Below, in pieces: positions 19,001-27,455 of a stretch of DNA of 64,000 nt (positions are counted from its first letter, which is position 1; each line of letters starts with the position of its first letter). The stretch lies in the sequence record MT446390.1; one strand, given 5' to 3'. Origin of the DNA: Escherichia phage TH12. Made by a program: the position numbers and the translations under genes. The notes beneath the pieces were generated by a model. It did no database searches. It worked only from the letters and a program-made list of their open reading frames with translations, and had not been told where the DNA came from.

Positions 19001-19856
19001 CATAAACAAAGAATGCTTCTGCAGTATTACGTCCTTCTGCTACATGAACACCGGCTTCTCGTATAGAAGTTGTATCATCGTAAGTTTTGACAATTGTGTG
19101 ATATAACGGGTTTAATTTGTCTAAATCAACTAAATTAATAATATCGCCATTATTAGCATTGCGAGGCAATGTAATATTAATAGGAGCGGCTGATGTAAAA
19201 CGTCGAATGATAAAATCGTTAGGTTGCGCCTGATACGGCTTAGCAGGAGTTACTGTGACTGCATTACGTTCGTAATCAGAAACATACATTTGCCATAGGC
19301 GGTTGCTAAAAATGAAGACCATTTTAGATTTTGGGTGCGTCATTAAAACTGAACGAACCTGCTGTCCTCTAAAGTTTACAATACTTTGAGCCTCTGCAGT
19401 AATTTGAACTTTTACATAGCCTACTCTACCGCCAATATCAGACAAAATAACTGTATCGCCATCTAAAGGATTTTGAGGCAAAGTGAAATTAATATCAGTG
19501 CCAGCTGAAGTATCAACCGCAATAGAGTTACCTACTGATAATTGGAAATCTCCGCCTTGAACTGTAGTCCATTCTGCATCTGTACGAGTTGCCTTCCATT
19601 TAGCCAAAGAGAAAGGGCCTGCCGGAGCTGGAATATCGTTTAAAGCTTGATAAAAACGATTATCATAAAGAACAATAAAATCTTTTGTATACGCGCGCGT
19701 ATCGTCATAATTCTGTACGGTGTTTTCTTGCACCAAAAAGTCAACGTTCACGCCATCGGTGCCAACTGTGCGGTCAGCAAGCGCAACGTTAACTATCTTA
19801 TCACCGCCTGCGTCAAGACCATCTTCGGCCCTGAACTTACGTTTGATGTCAACCAT
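16023..19856 (-). CDS. 34: long tail fiber proximal subunit gp34
   Basis: 1277 aa (T4 gp34 1289 aa); internal fiber repeats. Confidence 0.9.
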   Translation of the reverse strand: MVDIKRKFRAEDGLDAGGDKIVNVALADRTVGTDGVNVDFLVQENTVQNYDDTRAYTKDFIVLYDNRFYQALNDIPAPAGPFSLAKWKATRTDAEWTTVQGGDFQLSVGNSIAVDTSAGTDINFTLPQNPLDGDTVILSDIGGRVGYVKVQITAEAQSIVNFRGQQVRSVLMTHPKSKMVFIFSNRLWQMYVSDYERNAVTVTPAKPYQAQPNDFIIRRFTSAAPINITLPRNANNGDIINLVDLDKLNPLYHTIVKTYDDTTSIREAGVHVAEGRNTAEAFFVYDSANSLWRVWEGDQKSRLRIVRNDTDLRPNEEVLVFGTNNDTISTVNLTLPTDILSGDTVKISLNYMRKGQTVKIKAAEGDTIATSISLLQFPKRSEYPPDAQWVSVSELEFNGDTSYVPVLELAYIEDYSSETKYWVVQQNTVTVERVDASSNTTRARLGVIALASQAQANVDLENAPGKELAITPETLANRTATETRRGIARIATTAQVNQNTDFAFQDDLIISPKKLNERTATETRRGVAEVATQAETNAGTDDTTIITPKKLDARQGSEVLSGIVKYTSTTGTTAATIRGNAGTNVYNKAVDNLTISPKALDQYKATPTQQGAVILAIESEVIAGESQAGWPNAVVTPETLHKKTSTDGRIGLIEIATQAETNTGTDYTRAVTPKTLNDRKATEGLSGIAEIATQVEFDTGTDDTRISSPLKIKTHFDSSDRTSVNSDSGLIEEGTLWNHYTLDISKANETQRGTLRVATQAESNAGTLDDVLITPKKLLGTKSTETSEGVIKVATQAETVTGTSANTAVSPKNLKWIVQSEPSWTATTAIRGFVKTSSGSITFVGNDTVGSTQSLESYEKNSYAVSPYELNRVLANYLPLKAKAADSNLLDGLDSLQFIRRDIDQTVNGSLSLTKQTNLSAPLVSTSTASFGSEASVTRRLTLNDSSGSEIIFTKGTQSLSNKENFVVRAWGNSATDGARDTVFEAGDETGYHFYSQRAADNRVSFNINGTLYSTGIVSTNGLNVTGVSTFTGPISATGEIVSSSPIAFRAINGNYGVMLYNAGNSSYIALTNSGDQTGTFNNLRPITINNATGLVRLDNGVQITSGATITTGGLTVNSRIISNGVKTATVYTDKPTASTVGFWSIDINDSAVYSQFPGYWTRDSKGNRDQEIKYPGTLTQFGNSLDSLYQDWICYPTGANGGSIRYTRTWQKNKDAWTSFAMVFDSGNPPSPSDVGAIPSDNAVIGNLTIRDFLQLGNVRIVPDPVNKTVKFIWVE

Positions 19857-19890
19857 GGTAGTCCTCTTATCATTATGTGTTCTATTTTAC

Positions 19891-19898
19891 TATTTATA
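19891..19898 (-). promoter_or_regulatory. late promoter TATAAATA for gene 34
   Basis: Minus-strand TATAAATA ~35 nt upstream of the gene 34 ATG. Confidence 0.5.
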
Positions 19899-19976
19899 AA
19901 TGAGTAAAAGACTATTTACGCTTTCGAACTAGTATGTTACTATGGTCTAAGTTGACTAACTGAACAAGAGGTTCAT

Positions 19977-20894
19977 ATGGATTTAGAAATGATGTTGGAT
20001 GAAGATTACAAAGAAGGTATTGCGCTTGCAGACTTTAGTAACATTGCATTGGCAGCTGCATTAAACAACTTTGAAGATGGTGATAAAATTACTGTTCCGA
20101 TGGTTCGTCATGTAGTCTTGAATTCAATTCGTAAAAACGTAGTGATGTTCCGTAAGCAAGGTTATACAAAATTTGTATTGTGCATGGATAACGCTACTTC
20201 TGGATATTGGCGTCGTGACTTTGCTTACTATTATAAGAAAAATCGTAAAACCGATCGTGAAGCTTCAAAGTGGGATTGGGAAGGATATTTTACTGCACTT
20301 CATCAAGTTGTTGATGAGATTAAGAAATATATGCCATACGTTGTAATGGATATTGACAAATACGAAGCGGATGACCATATCGGTGTATTAACTAAATATT
20401 TGTCATTAGCTGGTCATAAGGTGTGTATTGTTGCATCAGATGGTGACTTTACACAATTACACAAGTACCCTAACGTTAAACAGTGGTCGCCACCGCAGAA
20501 AAAATGGGTTAAAATTAAGAATGGTTCTGCTGAAATTGATTGCATGACTAAAATTCTTAAAGGCGACCGTAAAGATGGTGTTGCGTCTGTTCGAGTTCGT
20601 GGTGACTTCTGGTTTACTCGAGTTGAAGGTGAACGAACTCCAAGCATGAAAACATCAATTATTGAAGCAATTGCTAACGACCGTTCTCAAGCTGAAGTAT
20701 TATTAAGTGCTGAAGAATATAAACGGTACCAAGAAAATTTGGTTCTAATTGATTTTGATTATATCCCTGATAATATTGCTTCAACCATTATAGAGTATTA
20801 TAACTCGTATAAACAACAACCTAAAGGCAAGATTTATTCATACTTTGTAAAATCAGGTCTTTCTAAATTAACAAGTGTAATTAACGAATTCTGA
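19977..20894 (+). CDS. rnh: RNase H (5'-3' exonuclease / flap endonuclease)
   Basis: 305 aa, same as T4 RNase H; FEN-family acidic motifs; position upstream of dsbA/33/59. Confidence 0.85.
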   Translation: MDLEMMLDEDYKEGIALADFSNIALAAALNNFEDGDKITVPMVRHVVLNSIRKNVVMFRKQGYTKFVLCMDNATSGYWRRDFAYYYKKNRKTDREASKWDWEGYFTALHQVVDEIKKYMPYVVMDIDKYEADDHIGVLTKYLSLAGHKVCIVASDGDFTQLHKYPNVKQWSPPQKKWVKIKNGSAEIDCMTKILKGDRKDGVASVRVRGDFWFTRVEGERTPSMKTSIIEAIANDRSQAEVLLSAEEYKRYQENLVLIDFDYIPDNIASTIIEYYNSYKQQPKGKIYSYFVKSGLSKLTSVINEF

Positions 20895-20901
20895 GGTAAA
20901 C

Positions 20902-21171
20902 ATGGCTAAGAAAGAAGCAGTTGAATTTAATCAAGATGTGCATGGTGAAGAACTGGCTAAACTAGTCAAGGAAGCTTCCGATAACAAACTTAAAATTTCT
21001 GGTTATAATGAACTGATTAAAGACATTCGTACTCGTGCTAAAGAAGAGCTTGGTGTCGATGGAAAAATGTTTAATCGTTTGTTAGCTCTTTATCATAAAG
21101 ACGCTCGTGACCAATTTGAAGCTGAAAATGAAGAGGTAGTCGAGCTTTATGACACAGTTTTCACTAAGTGA
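20902..21171 (+). CDS. dsbA: double-stranded DNA binding protein DsbA
   Basis: 89 aa (T4 DsbA 89 aa) between rnh and gene 33. Confidence 0.7.
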   Translation: MAKKEAVEFNQDVHGEELAKLVKEASDNKLKISGYNELIKDIRTRAKEELGVDGKMFNRLLALYHKDARDQFEAENEEVVELYDTVFTK

Positions 21172-21487
21172 TATTAAACCGGTTGATGAGGCCGGTTTAT
21201 CTGAACAAGAATTAGCAGTAAAACACGATAAAGATGATATCGCTAAATTGCTTGACCGCCAAGAAAACGGATTCATTATTGAATCCATGGTTGAACAATT
21301 TGGTATGTCTTATTTAGAAGCAACAACTGCTTTCTTGGAAGAAAATTCTATTCCAGAAACACAATTTGCTAAATTTATTCCTACAGGAATTGTTGAAAAA
21401 ATTACAAGCGAAGCAATTGACGAAAACATGCTTCGCCCATCAGTTGCTCGTGGTGAAAAAACTAATACGTTAGATTTCTTATTATGA
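21149..21487 (+). CDS. 33: late transcription accessory protein gp33
   Basis: 112 aa (T4 gp33 112 aa); MTQFSL... start and C-terminal DFLL recalled from T4. Confidence 0.75.
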   Translation: MTQFSLSDIKPVDEAGLSEQELAVKHDKDDIAKLLDRQENGFIIESMVEQFGMSYLEATTAFLEENSIPETQFAKFIPTGIVEKITSEAIDENMLRPSVARGEKTNTLDFLL

Positions 21488-22167
21488 AATACGTTGTGTA
21501 TAAAACTACCAATAAAATAAATGGTAAAATTTATATAGGCGTACACAAAAAACATAAAGAGAAAGATTGGTATATTGGATCAGGCCGCGCTATATTAGCG
21601 GCCAAAGCTAAATATGGACTAAAAAATTTTTATACCGAAATTCTTTATGAATATGATAATGACAAGGACGCCTATAAAAAAGAAGCAGAATTGGTTAACG
21701 AAGATTTTGTTTTGCGAGATGATACTTATAACTTAGTTCCCGGTGGTAAAGGTGGTCCTGGTAAAAAACAAAGTGATGAAGCTAAAAGGTCTATTTCACT
21801 TTCTAAATTAGGTAAACCTAGATCTGAAGAGACTAAGGCTAAAGTATCTAAAACAAGACTAGAAAGAAAAATACCGTCACCTAATAAGGGTAAGAAACTA
21901 TCTGAAGCTCACAAATTGGCCTTGAGTAAAGTCCGAAAAGGGCGAAAAACGAATAAGCCGATGCCTGATTCAACCAAAGAAGCTCTTAGAATAGCAAATT
22001 CAAAGCCGCATTCTAAAGAAAGAACTATTAAAAAACAAAAACCTATAATTATTGATGGTATAAAATACGCCTCGTGTAAAGAAGTTTCAAATGTTTTTAA
22101 TATTTCTGCGTCTTTAGTTACATATAGACTTAAATCTTCAAAATGGTCCGGATGGAAATATGATTAA
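21484..22167 (+). CDS. free-standing GIY-YIG homing endonuclease (Seg-like)
   Basis: 227 aa; N-terminal VVYKTTNKINGKIYIGVH...YIGSG GIY-YIG module, central repeated basic motifs (NUMOD-like) and C-terminal I-TevI-like DNA-binding segment; overlaps gene 33 stop and gene 59 start. Confidence 0.8.
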   Translation: MKYVVYKTTNKINGKIYIGVHKKHKEKDWYIGSGRAILAAKAKYGLKNFYTEILYEYDNDKDAYKKEAELVNEDFVLRDDTYNLVPGGKGGPGKKQSDEAKRSISLSKLGKPRSEETKAKVSKTRLERKIPSPNKGKKLSEAHKLALSKVRKGRKTNKPMPDSTKEALRIANSKPHSKERTIKKQKPIIIDGIKYASCKEVSNVFNISASLVTYRLKSSKWSGWKYD

Positions 22168-22813
22168 AATACGCATGCCTCCTGATGGAGAACGTTATAT
22201 TAATGGAAAATCGGTATATAAACTATACTTGATGTGCAAAAACCATTTTGGTGGTCGGTATGACGTAATCAAATATAACTGGTGCATGCGTGTTTCGGAT
22301 AATGCGTATCAAAAACGCCGAGATAAATATTTCTTTGAGAAACTAGCAGAGAAATATAAGTTAAAGGAACTCACCTTGATATTCATAAGCAACTTAGTTG
22401 CTAACCAAGATGCATGGATTGGTGAGATATCAGACGCTGATGCATTAGTTTTCTATAGGGAATATATTGGACGTCTCAAACAAGCCAAGGAGACGTTTGC
22501 TGAAGATGTACGTAACATCTACTATTTCAGCAAGAAAGTGGAAGTTGGTGCGCTTCAAGAGATATTTGATTATAATAATAAAGTTCAGTCGAGCTATATA
22601 TTTAAATTGCTACAAAGCAATATAATTTCATTTGAAACCTTCTTGTTGTTGGATTCATTCTTGAATATTATAGATAAGCACGACGAACTCACCGACAATT
22701 TAGTCTGGCAAAATTATTCTACCAAATTAAAGGCATATCGAAAAATACTCCAAATTGATGGAAATGCTGCTAAGAAATTGTTCATAGAAACAATCAAATC
22801 ATGTAAGTATTAA
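22160..22813 (+). CDS. 59: helicase loader gp59
   Basis: 217 aa; MIKIRMPPDGERYINGKSVYKLYLM...YDVIKYNWCMRVSD matches recalled T4 gp59. Confidence 0.9.
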   Translation: MIKIRMPPDGERYINGKSVYKLYLMCKNHFGGRYDVIKYNWCMRVSDNAYQKRRDKYFFEKLAEKYKLKELTLIFISNLVANQDAWIGEISDADALVFYREYIGRLKQAKETFAEDVRNIYYFSKKVEVGALQEIFDYNNKVQSSYIFKLLQSNIISFETFLLLDSFLNIIDKHDELTDNLVWQNYSTKLKAYRKILQIDGNAAKKLFIETIKSCKY

Positions 22814-22842
22814 GCTTTATTTCTTGTGTGTTAAAATTACTT

Positions 22843-22850
22843 TATAAATA
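22843..22850 (+). promoter_or_regulatory. late promoter TATAAATA upstream of gene 32
   Basis: Exact TATAAATA 80 nt upstream of gene 32 ATG. Confidence 0.5.
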
Positions 22851-22854
22851 AATC

Positions 22855-22929
22855 ATACCAGCTACGAGGTATAAGTGTCGTAGCAACCAACTGTAAATAA
22901 ATTAAATAATCTAAATAAAGGTAAATATA
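22855..22929 (+). promoter_or_regulatory. gene 32 translational operator (hairpin/pseudoknot plus unstructured UAAA-repeat leader)
   Basis: Hairpin GCTACGA...TCGTAGC (22861-22884) followed by AAATAAATTAAATAATCTAAATAAAGGTAAATATA before the ATG, as in the T4 gp32 autoregulatory site. Confidence 0.6.
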
Positions 22930-23832
22930 ATGTTTAAACGTAAATCTACTGCTGACCTCGCTGCTCAAATGGCTAAACTGAACGGTAACAAAGGTTTCTC
23001 TTCAGAAGATAAAGGCGAATGGAAGCTGAAGCTAGATGCATCAGGTAATGGTCAAGCGGTAATTCGTTTCTTGCCAGCAAAAACTGATGATGCACTACCA
23101 TTTGCAATTCTTGTTAACCACGGTTTCAAGAAAAATGGTAAATGGTATATTGAAAATTGCTCTTCTACACATGGTGATTACGACTCTTGTCCTGTATGTC
23201 AGTACATTAGTAAAAATGACCTGTACAATACCAACAAAACTGAATATTCTCAACTGAAACGTAAAACTTCTTATTGGGCTAATATTCTGGTTGTTAAAGA
23301 CCCTCAAGCTCCAGATAACGAAGGTAAAGTATTTAAATATCGTTTCGGTAAAAAGATTTGGGACAAAATCAATGCAATGATTGCAGTTGATACCGAAATG
23401 GGTGAAACTCCGGTTGATGTTACTTGCCCGTTTGAAGGTGCCAACTTCGTTCTGAAAGCTAAGCAGGTTTCTGGTTTTAGCAACTATGACGAATCTAAAT
23501 TCTTGGGACAATCTGAAATTCCTCGTATTAATGACGAAGCATTCCAGAAAGAACTATATGACCAGATGGTAGACCTTACTACTTTGACGGCTAAAGACCA
23601 GTTCAAGTCCTTTGAAAAATTAAATGAATCTTTCGCTAAGGTTCTTGGTACTGCCGCTCTTGGTGGTGCAGCAGCCGCAGCAGCTTCTGTTGCAGATAAA
23701 GTTGCTTCTGACCTTGACGATTTTGATAAAGACATGGAAGCCTTTAGTTCTTCAAAAACTGAAGATGACTTCATGAGCTCTACCTCATCCTCTGATGATG
23801 GCGACCTCGATGACCTGTTAGCTGGTCTATAA
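22930..23832 (+). CDS. 32: single-stranded DNA binding protein gp32
   Basis: 300 aa; [23 protein letters not shown]..., Zn-binding region [12 protein letters not shown], acidic C-terminus; matches recalled T4 gp32. Confidence 0.95.
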   Translation: MFKRKSTADLAAQMAKLNGNKGFSSEDKGEWKLKLDASGNGQAVIRFLPAKTDDALPFAILVNHGFKKNGKWYIENCSSTHGDYDSCPVCQYISKNDLYNTNKTEYSQLKRKTSYWANILVVKDPQAPDNEGKVFKYRFGKKIWDKINAMIAVDTEMGETPVDVTCPFEGANFVLKAKQVSGFSNYDESKFLGQSEIPRINDEAFQKELYDQMVDLTTLTAKDQFKSFEKLNESFAKVLGTAALGGAAAAAASVADKVASDLDDFDKDMEAFSSSKTEDDFMSSTSSSDDGDLDDLLAGL

Positions 23833-23838
23833 TAAATC

Positions 23839-23860
23839 GGGAGACTTCGGTCTCCCTTTT
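23839..23860 (+). terminator. rho-independent terminator (GGGAGAC-TTCG-GTCTCCC + T4)
   Basis: 7-bp GC stem, TTCG loop, T tract after gene 32. Confidence 0.65.
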
Positions 23861-23945
23861 GAGTATCTGTAAATTACTGAAAAAGTTGTTTACTTCTTCC
23901 ATGGATGTGTTAGTATAGACCTATCAACAACATGAGGAAATCAAA

Positions 23946-24338
23946 ATGGAAATCGGAAAATCTTATATCATTAACCCTTTATTTAAAGACGACTTTGTTC
24001 AAGAAGCACCACATAATAACGCTAAGATGTTAAAATTGATTGAACTCCATGGGCCTAGTTTTGTTGTAAACGGAATGGAACCTGATTATGATAGCGATAC
24101 GCCAAACGTAGTAAGTGTAACTATGGAAGATGGTACTGTATGTTCTGCCGGTGGTGAAATTGGAACTTATTTTGAGATTTATCCTGACGAGTTCAAATAC
24201 TTTACTGAGGTAGATTTAGTAAAGCCTCAAACTACTAACGAAGGTATAACTTTAGGTGTAACAAAAATCCATTGTATCGTAGATGAAACCAACGTCGACG
24301 AAATCATCGAACTTTTGCAAAAAACTTTTAAAAAGTAG
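23946..24338 (+). CDS. hypothetical protein (130 aa), frd-proximal ORF
   Basis: ORF with RBS GAGGAAA and upstream promoter cassette. Confidence 0.6.
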   Translation: MEIGKSYIINPLFKDDFVQEAPHNNAKMLKLIELHGPSFVVNGMEPDYDSDTPNVVSVTMEDGTVCSAGGEIGTYFEIYPDEFKYFTEVDLVKPQTTNEGITLGVTKIHCIVDETNVDEIIELLQKTFKK

Positions 24339-24376
24339 TGTACAATCAGATAGGGTTATGTTATAGTAGCCCTATC
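24336..24376 (+). promoter_or_regulatory. promoter cassette with -10-like TTATGTTATAGTAG inside inverted repeat GATAGGG/CCCTATC
   Basis: GTGTACAA -35-like followed by a 7-bp inverted repeat flanking an AT-rich -10 region; upstream of ORF 24401. Confidence 0.4.
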
Positions 24377-24400
24377 AAATCAAAAGTGAAGGAGAATAAA

Positions 24401-24649
24401 ATGAGATTGCAACGTCAGAGCATCAAAGATTCTGAAGTTAGAGGTAAATGGTACTTCAACATCGTCGGTAAAGACGCTGAACTCCTTGAACAAGCTGAAG
24501 AAGCTTTACGTGAAATGGGTTGGAACGAAGAATGTGATGGATGTCCACTCTATGAAGATGGTGAAAGTGCAGGATTCTGGATTTGCCACTCTGACGTTGA
24601 AATGTTCAAAGCTGATTGGAAGGTTGTTAAGAAAAATCTGAGGAAATAA
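24401..24649 (+). CDS. hypothetical protein (82 aa)
   Basis: Internal ATG of ORF-track 24338..24649 preceded by RBS AAGGAGA. Confidence 0.55.
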   Translation: MRLQRQSIKDSEVRGKWYFNIVGKDAELLEQAEEALREMGWNEECDGCPLYEDGESAGFWICHSDVEMFKADWKVVKKNLRK

Positions 24650-24651
24650 AA

Positions 24652-25239
24652 ATGCTTAAATTAGTATTCGCATGCGCACCATCTAAAACAGTTGATGATA
24701 AACTGGAATATGCTTTTGGATTAGGTGATGGGCTGCCATGGAAGCATATCAAACAAGATATGAGTAACTTTGCTGCTCGCACTAAAAACACTGTAATGGT
24801 TATGGGTGCTAAGACTTTTGCATCATTACCTCGTCTACTCCCAGATCGTACTCATGTGGTTGTCACTGATATGGCCAGAAAACTGCCTAGGACTAAAAGC
24901 GACGAACTTGCACGGTTCTATATCACCCAAGCAGAATTTATTACCCTGGTGACTGGTAGTGAAATTAACTTGTTCGGCCCTTCAACAGACGTACCGTTTA
25001 AACTTTCTACTGAACATGTTGATGTATCTGTTATCGGCGGTCCTGCTCTATTAAAACAAGCACTGCCTTATGCCGATGAAATTGTGATGACTAAAATCAT
25101 TAAGAAATGTCGTGTTAATTCAGACGTTCAACTTGATAAAGATTTCATCCAAGATATTATGCTTCAACGTTCTATGGTAGAATCTCATTACTACAGAATC
25201 GATGAACTCACCGAAATTACTGAGAGCGTATATAAATGA
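24652..25239 (+). CDS. frd: dihydrofolate reductase
   Basis: 195 aa; FGLGDGLPW, VMGAKTF, VIGGPALL motifs; T4 Frd-like; stop overlaps td start. Confidence 0.85.
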   Translation: MLKLVFACAPSKTVDDKLEYAFGLGDGLPWKHIKQDMSNFAARTKNTVMVMGAKTFASLPRLLPDRTHVVVTDMARKLPRTKSDELARFYITQAEFITLVTGSEINLFGPSTDVPFKLSTEHVDVSVIGGPALLKQALPYADEIVMTKIIKKCRVNSDVQLDKDFIQDIMLQRSMVESHYYRIDELTEITESVYK

Positions 25240-25784
25240 AACAATACCAATACCTGATTAATGATATCCTAGAAAATGGCTACGAAACAGACGACCGTAC
25301 AGGCACAGGAACAATTGCCCTGTTCGGAACTAAATTACGTTGGGACCTGACTAAAGGATTCCCTGCAGTAACAACTAAGAAATTAGCATGGAAAGCTTGT
25401 ATTGCCGAGTTACTGTGGTTCATGTCCGGTTCTACTAATGTTAATGAATTACGTCTTCGTACTCATGGTAGTCTAATTGAAGGTAAAACTATTTGGGACG
25501 ATAATTACGAAAATCAGGCAAAAGACCTTGGTTATCATAGTGGTGAACTTGGTCCTATATATGGTAAACAATGGCGTGATTTCGGTGGTGTGGACCAATT
25601 AGTTGAAACAATCGACCGTATTAAAAAATTACCAACTGATCGTCGTCAAATTGTTTCTGCCTGGAACCCTGCCGAAATTGACCAAATGGCTCTTCCTCCT
25701 TGCCATATGTTCTATCAGTTCAATGTGCGTAATGGTCATCTTGATTTACAATGGTATCAACGCAGTGTAGATGTTTTCTTAGGT
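25236..25784 (+). CDS. td: thymidylate synthase, exon 1
   Basis: ThyA N-terminal motifs; ORF ends in ...SVDVFLG immediately followed by TAA that begins the intron. Confidence 0.9.
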
Positions 25785-26800
25785 TAATTTAGGCCTAGGT
25801 ATAAGGTGACTTATACTTGTAATCTATCTAAACGGGGGACCTCTCTAGTAGACAATCCCGTGCTAAATTGTAGGACTACCCTTTAATAAATACTTCTATA
25901 TAAAAAGAGGTGTTTATGAAAAGCGGAATTTATCAGATTAAAAACACTTTAAACGGTAAAGTGTATGTTGGAAGTTCTAAAGATTTTGAGAAAAGATGGA
26001 AGAGACATTTTAAAGACCTTGAAAACGGTGTTCACTCTTCTATAAAATTTCAAAGGTCTTTTAATAAACATGGTAATGTTTTTGAATGCTCTGTACTGGA
26101 AGAAATTCCATATGAGAAAGATTTGATTATTGAACGAGAAAATTTTTGGATTAAAGAGCTAAATTCTAAAATTAATGGATATAATATTGCTGATGCGTCT
26201 TTTGGCGATGTGCTTTCAAATCATCCATTAAAAGAAGAAATTGCTAAGAAACGAGCTGAAACTGTTAAAGCTAAGATGCTTAAGCTTGGTCCTGATGGTC
26301 GGAAAGCTCTTTATGGTAAACACGGAAGTAAAAATGGCCGATGGAATCCAGAAAACCACAAGTTTTGTAAATGCGGTGTTCGCATACCATCTTCGGCTGA
26401 TACTTGTGGAAAGTGCCGAAAACGTTCAGGTGAAAATAACCCGTTCTTTAATCACAAACATTCAGAAAAAACTAAAACTAAACTATCCGAAAAGATGAAA
26501 GGCAAAAAGCCAGCTAACATCAAAAAGATTTCATGCGATGGGATTATTTTTGAATGTGCAGCCGATGCGGCTAGACATTTTGAAATTTCATCAGGATTAG
26601 TTACTTACCGTGTAAAATCTGATAAGTGGAATTGGTTCTACATAAATGCCTAACGACTATCCCTTTAGGGAGTAGGGTCAAGTGACTCGAAACGATAGAC
26701 AACTTGCTTTAACAAGTTGGAGATATAGTCTGCTCTGCATGGTGACATGCAGCTGGATATAATTCCGGGATAAGATTAACGACCTTATCTGAACATAATG
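25785..26800 (+). mobile_element. td group I self-splicing intron (1016 nt) carrying I-TevI
   Basis: Begins TAATTTAGGCCTAGGTATAAGGTG and ends ...GGATAAGATTAACGACCTTATCTGAACATAATG, very close to recalled T4 td intron ends; splits the conserved ThyA peptide DVFLG|LPFNIASYA. Confidence 0.9.
25916..26653 (+). CDS. intron-encoded GIY-YIG homing endonuclease I-TevI
   Basis: 245 aa from ATG 25916; MKSGIYQIKNTLNGKVYVGS... and C-terminal ISCDGIIFECAADAARHFEISSGLVTYRVKSDKWNWFYINA match recalled I-TevI. Confidence 0.9.
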   Translation: MKSGIYQIKNTLNGKVYVGSSKDFEKRWKRHFKDLENGVHSSIKFQRSFNKHGNVFECSVLEEIPYEKDLIIERENFWIKELNSKINGYNIADASFGDVLSNHPLKEEIAKKRAETVKAKMLKLGPDGRKALYGKHGSKNGRWNPENHKFCKCGVRIPSSADTCGKCRKRSGENNPFFNHKHSEKTKTKLSEKMKGKKPANIKKISCDGIIFECAADAARHFEISSGLVTYRVKSDKWNWFYINA

Positions 26801-27112
26801 CTACCGTTCAACATTGCCTCGTACGCTGCCTTGACGCATATTGTAGCGAAGATGTGTAACCTTATCCCGGGTGATTTAGTGTTCTCAGGCGGCAACACGC
26901 ATATCTACAGCAATCATGTAGAACAATGCAAAGAAGTTCTTCGTCGTGAGCCTAAAGAACTGTGTGAACTTAAAATTGATTGGCCTGAAGGATTCTCTGA
27001 TTGGAGCACGACATTACAGCTTCATTGGGTAACAGAGCATATGAATCCGAGTGATTTCATTCTTAAAAATTACGAATCACATCCAGTTATCAAAGCTAAA
27101 ATGGCGGTATAA
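26801..27112 (+). CDS. td: thymidylate synthase, exon 2
   Basis: Begins LPFNIASYA (ThyA active-site region continuation); exons sum to 286 aa as in T4. Confidence 0.9.
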   Translation, partial: LPFNIASYAALTHIVAKMCNLIPGDLVFSGGNTHIYSNHVEQCKEVLRREPKELCELKIDWPEGFSDWSTTLQLHWVTEHMNPSDFILKNYESHPVIKAKMAV

Positions 27113-27114
27113 AA

Positions 27115-27368
27115 TGATTTTACGTTTTATTAATTCATATGGCACCACAATTTTTGAAATGAAAAATCCAAGTGAACTGGATATCCCTTCACCGAATAGT
27201 GAAATCACAGTTAAAGGTGAACGATTCATTTGTCATTCACACGAACGAATTTATGAATATCGTGAATTTTGTGGTGGTTACGGTATGGAAAAAGAACCGT
27301 TGGTTTATTTCAATATCACAGTCTTGACACCTAAAGAATACAAAGAAATTATTGCTAAGAATAATTAA
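27115..27368 (+). CDS. hypothetical protein (84 aa) between td and nrdA
   Basis: ATG at 27115 in frame with ORF-track 27051..27368; the earlier part overlaps td exon 2. Confidence 0.5.
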
Positions 27369-27455
27369 CGCTTCAGTTTAAAAGTGTATAATAAATTAAC
27401 GGGATAAATACTATCCCGTTTGGAGTAATGTCTATCAACCTATACTGAGGAATAT

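Noticed and set aside
25910-25915. GTG start for I-TevI as given in the ORF track (MFMKSG...)
   Set aside because: The ATG at 25916 gives the 245-aa product with an RBS at the right spacing, matching I-TevI; the GTG extension is unnecessary.
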